Shown: positions 62,359 to 64,000 of the stretch, one piece after another | Position numbering within the stretch: the first letter of the stretch is position 1 | Layout: every line of letters begins with the position of its first letter | Assembly: GCA_966077345.1 (NCBI GenBank) | Contig: CBHREK010000010.1 | Location: forward strand, 18,877 to 82,876 | DNA length: 64,000 bases | Source of the DNA: an uncultured Duganella sp. | GTDB lineage: Bacteria; Pseudomonadota; Gammaproteobacteria; Burkholderiales; Burkholderiaceae_D | Direction: 5' to 3' | The notes under the pieces: generated by a model | Told to the model about the DNA's origin: nothing | What the model saw: only the letters and a program-made list of their open reading frames with translations | Databases searched by the model: none | Position numbers and translations under genes: made by a program

Positions 62359-63671
62359 GCCGGTCCTCCTGCCCGGCGTGCGCAAACGATCCACACAGGG
62401 TTTTCGGCTGCCATGCGGTGCATGTGCAGGATTGGCTTGCTGCGCGCGGCCTGCAATTGCAGTACGTCCCGGCTCACGCCTTCGCCCTCCAGCGCCTGCA
62501 ATGCGGCAGTGGCGGTGGCAAGGTTCTCCAGCGTGACGAAGTTCATCACGAGCGTGCCGCCCGGGCGCAAGCGTCGCAGCACGCCGGTAATCAGGCCCGC
62601 CAGTTCGCCGCCCGAGCCGCCGATGAATACGGCGTCCGGGTCGGGCCAGGCATCCAGCATCTCGGGCGCTTTGGCGTGGTACAAGCTGTAGTTGGCAACG
62701 CCGAATGCGGCGTGGTTGCGGCCCGCAATGGCGCAGTCTTCCTCGTTCTTTTCGATGGCGAACACATGCCCCTGTGGGCACAAGCGTGCCGCTTCCAGGC
62801 CTACCGAGCCGGAACCGGCGCCGATATCCCACATCACGCTGTCGGAACGAAGCTGGAGCCGCGCCAGGCTGACGGCGCGTACTTCCTGCTTGGTGATCAA
62901 GCCCTTCTCCGGCTGGCGCTGTTCGAACTCCGCATCGGCCAGGCCAAAGCGCACCGGGCGAGGCATTGGCGTCACGCGCCACAGCAACACGACGTTCAGG
63001 GCCGCGAACTGCATGCCCGCCGCTTCGCGTGGACTAAGTTCGGCCAGCACGCGCTCCTCAGGCTGGAGCAGGTTCTCCGCGACCGCCATGTGGAAATCAT
63101 CGCCGAGGCCTTCCGCCAGCAGCAACCGGGCAATGCGATCCGGACTGTTGTCAGGACTGGTCAGCACCAGCAGGCGCGCATGCTGGCGCAGCGCCTGTGC
63201 CAGCGCGTACAGGCCGTGCCCCGGCGTGCTGCCGCGCGACCATTCGCCGGCGTCCCGCGTGTGGACCGACACGATGCGCGCATCCTGCCAGGACAGCCCG
63301 ATGCGCGCGCAAGCCAGTTGCAGCGTCGACAGGTTGGGCAGGATTTCCAGCGCTTGTACGCACAGGTGTTGCGCCAAATAAGGCGCAATGCCATGGCACA
63401 GTGGATCGCCGGTGGCCAGCACCACGCAGCACAGGTTGTCGGCACGCGCGGCGCGCACCCATTCCGGCACTTCTTTCAGGCGTGCAGTCAGGTCGCGGCA
63501 GACGGCGCCTGGCTTGAATTCATTCTTCAGCAGCGCCAGAGTGCGGGTGCCGCCGATCACCACGTCGGCATTGCGCAGCCAGGCCAGCGCTGTCGCATTC
63601 AGGCTGGCGGCGCCGTCATCCAGCACGCCGATCACGCGGCAGGGATTGGGATCAGTTAAACAGGTATCCAT
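62355..63671 (-). CDS. cbiET: Bifunctional precorrin-6Y C5,15-methyltransferase/decarboxylase (CbiE-CbiT)
   Basis: VIGGTR, LATGDPLCHG, LITKQEVR, WDIGAGSGSVGLE, PDAVFIGGS; start at 63671. Confidence 0.9.
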   Translation of the reverse strand: MDTCLTDPNPCRVIGVLDDGAASLNATALAWLRNADVVIGGTRTLALLKNEFKPGAVCRDLTARLKEVPEWVRAARADNLCCVVLATGDPLCHGIAPYLAQHLCVQALEILPNLSTLQLACARIGLSWQDARIVSVHTRDAGEWSRGSTPGHGLYALAQALRQHARLLVLTSPDNSPDRIARLLLAEGLGDDFHMAVAENLLQPEERVLAELSPREAAGMQFAALNVVLLWRVTPMPRPVRFGLADAEFEQRQPEKGLITKQEVRAVSLARLQLRSDSVMWDIGAGSGSVGLEAARLCPQGHVFAIEKNEEDCAIAGRNHAAFGVANYSLYHAKAPEMLDAWPDPDAVFIGGSGGELAGLITGVLRRLRPGGTLVMNFVTLENLATATAALQALEGEGVSRDVLQLQAARSKPILHMHRMAAENPVWIVCARRAGGPA

Positions 63672-63675
63672 GGGT

Positions 63676-63999
63676 CTATTCAGGAATTGGCTCGGGGTCG
63701 ATATCGAGGATGTGGTCAATGCCGATGCGCCTTGCGTCGGACGGGCGTTCTTGCGGGAGTGCAGGCGCCGACCAGACGTCGGCCACCTGGTTGCCGCTGA
63801 AATCGCACACCAGCACCCGCAGCTGGAATGCGCGGCCATAGCGCTCGGGCGCGGTCAGGGTATCGATGGCGGCTTGGGCCAACGCGTGGTGGAAGGCGTC
63901 GCCCAGTCCGCGCTCGACCATCAACTCGGCACCAAAGCGCGCAGTTTCGGCTGCCGCAATGGCGGCGCAGTCCTCGGGGGTGGCGCCGATGCGGTGCGC
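63676..63999 (-). CDS. cbiD: CbiD C-terminal part (5' end outside the window)
   Basis: Frame is open to the window edge (AHRIGATPEDCAAIAAAETARFGAEL..VCDFSG); sits directly upstream of cbiET. Confidence 0.65.
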   Translation of the reverse strand, partial: AHRIGATPEDCAAIAAAETARFGAELMVERGLGDAFHHALAQAAIDTLTAPERYGRAFQLRVLVCDFSGNQVADVWSAPALPQERPSDARRIGIDHILDIDPEPIPE

Positions 64000-64000
64000 G

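Overview
Origin-proximal 64 kb of a GC-rich betaproteobacterial chromosome, probably Oxalobacteraceae (Massilia/Duganella/Pseudoduganella-like). The taxon is inferred from protein style and gene order, not from a database search. Housekeeping core: atpIBEFHAGDC, parAB, rsmG, mnmG, three perfect parS sites, putA/putR, coaD, rsmD, glmU, glmS, and part of a cbi/cob corrin cluster with bluB and a cobalamin riboswitch. Accessory or unusual elements: (1) a divergent system of membrane aminopropyltransferase + Tat-type FAD oxidoreductase versus DUF350 + SPFH-SHOCT + double Zn-ribbon/DUF4178 + an uncalled 57-aa Gly/Ser peptide ending GGHK + SpeD; (2) an rsgA paralog behind a structured uORF leader; (3) an orphan gene encoding two fused PoNi-like immunity domains; (4) a REP-associated tyrosine transposase between perfect 42-bp inverted REPs, with a daughter REP doublet 15 kb away; (5) a diverged direct duplication of an oriC-like DnaA-box/DnaA-trio module flanking a GGDEF-EAL gene, plus a third dense DnaA-box cluster; (6) a frameshifted mtnN; (7) a possibly mosaic F0 sector. 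No rRNA, tRNA or CRISPR array was seen. All family assignments come from motif recognition by eye.
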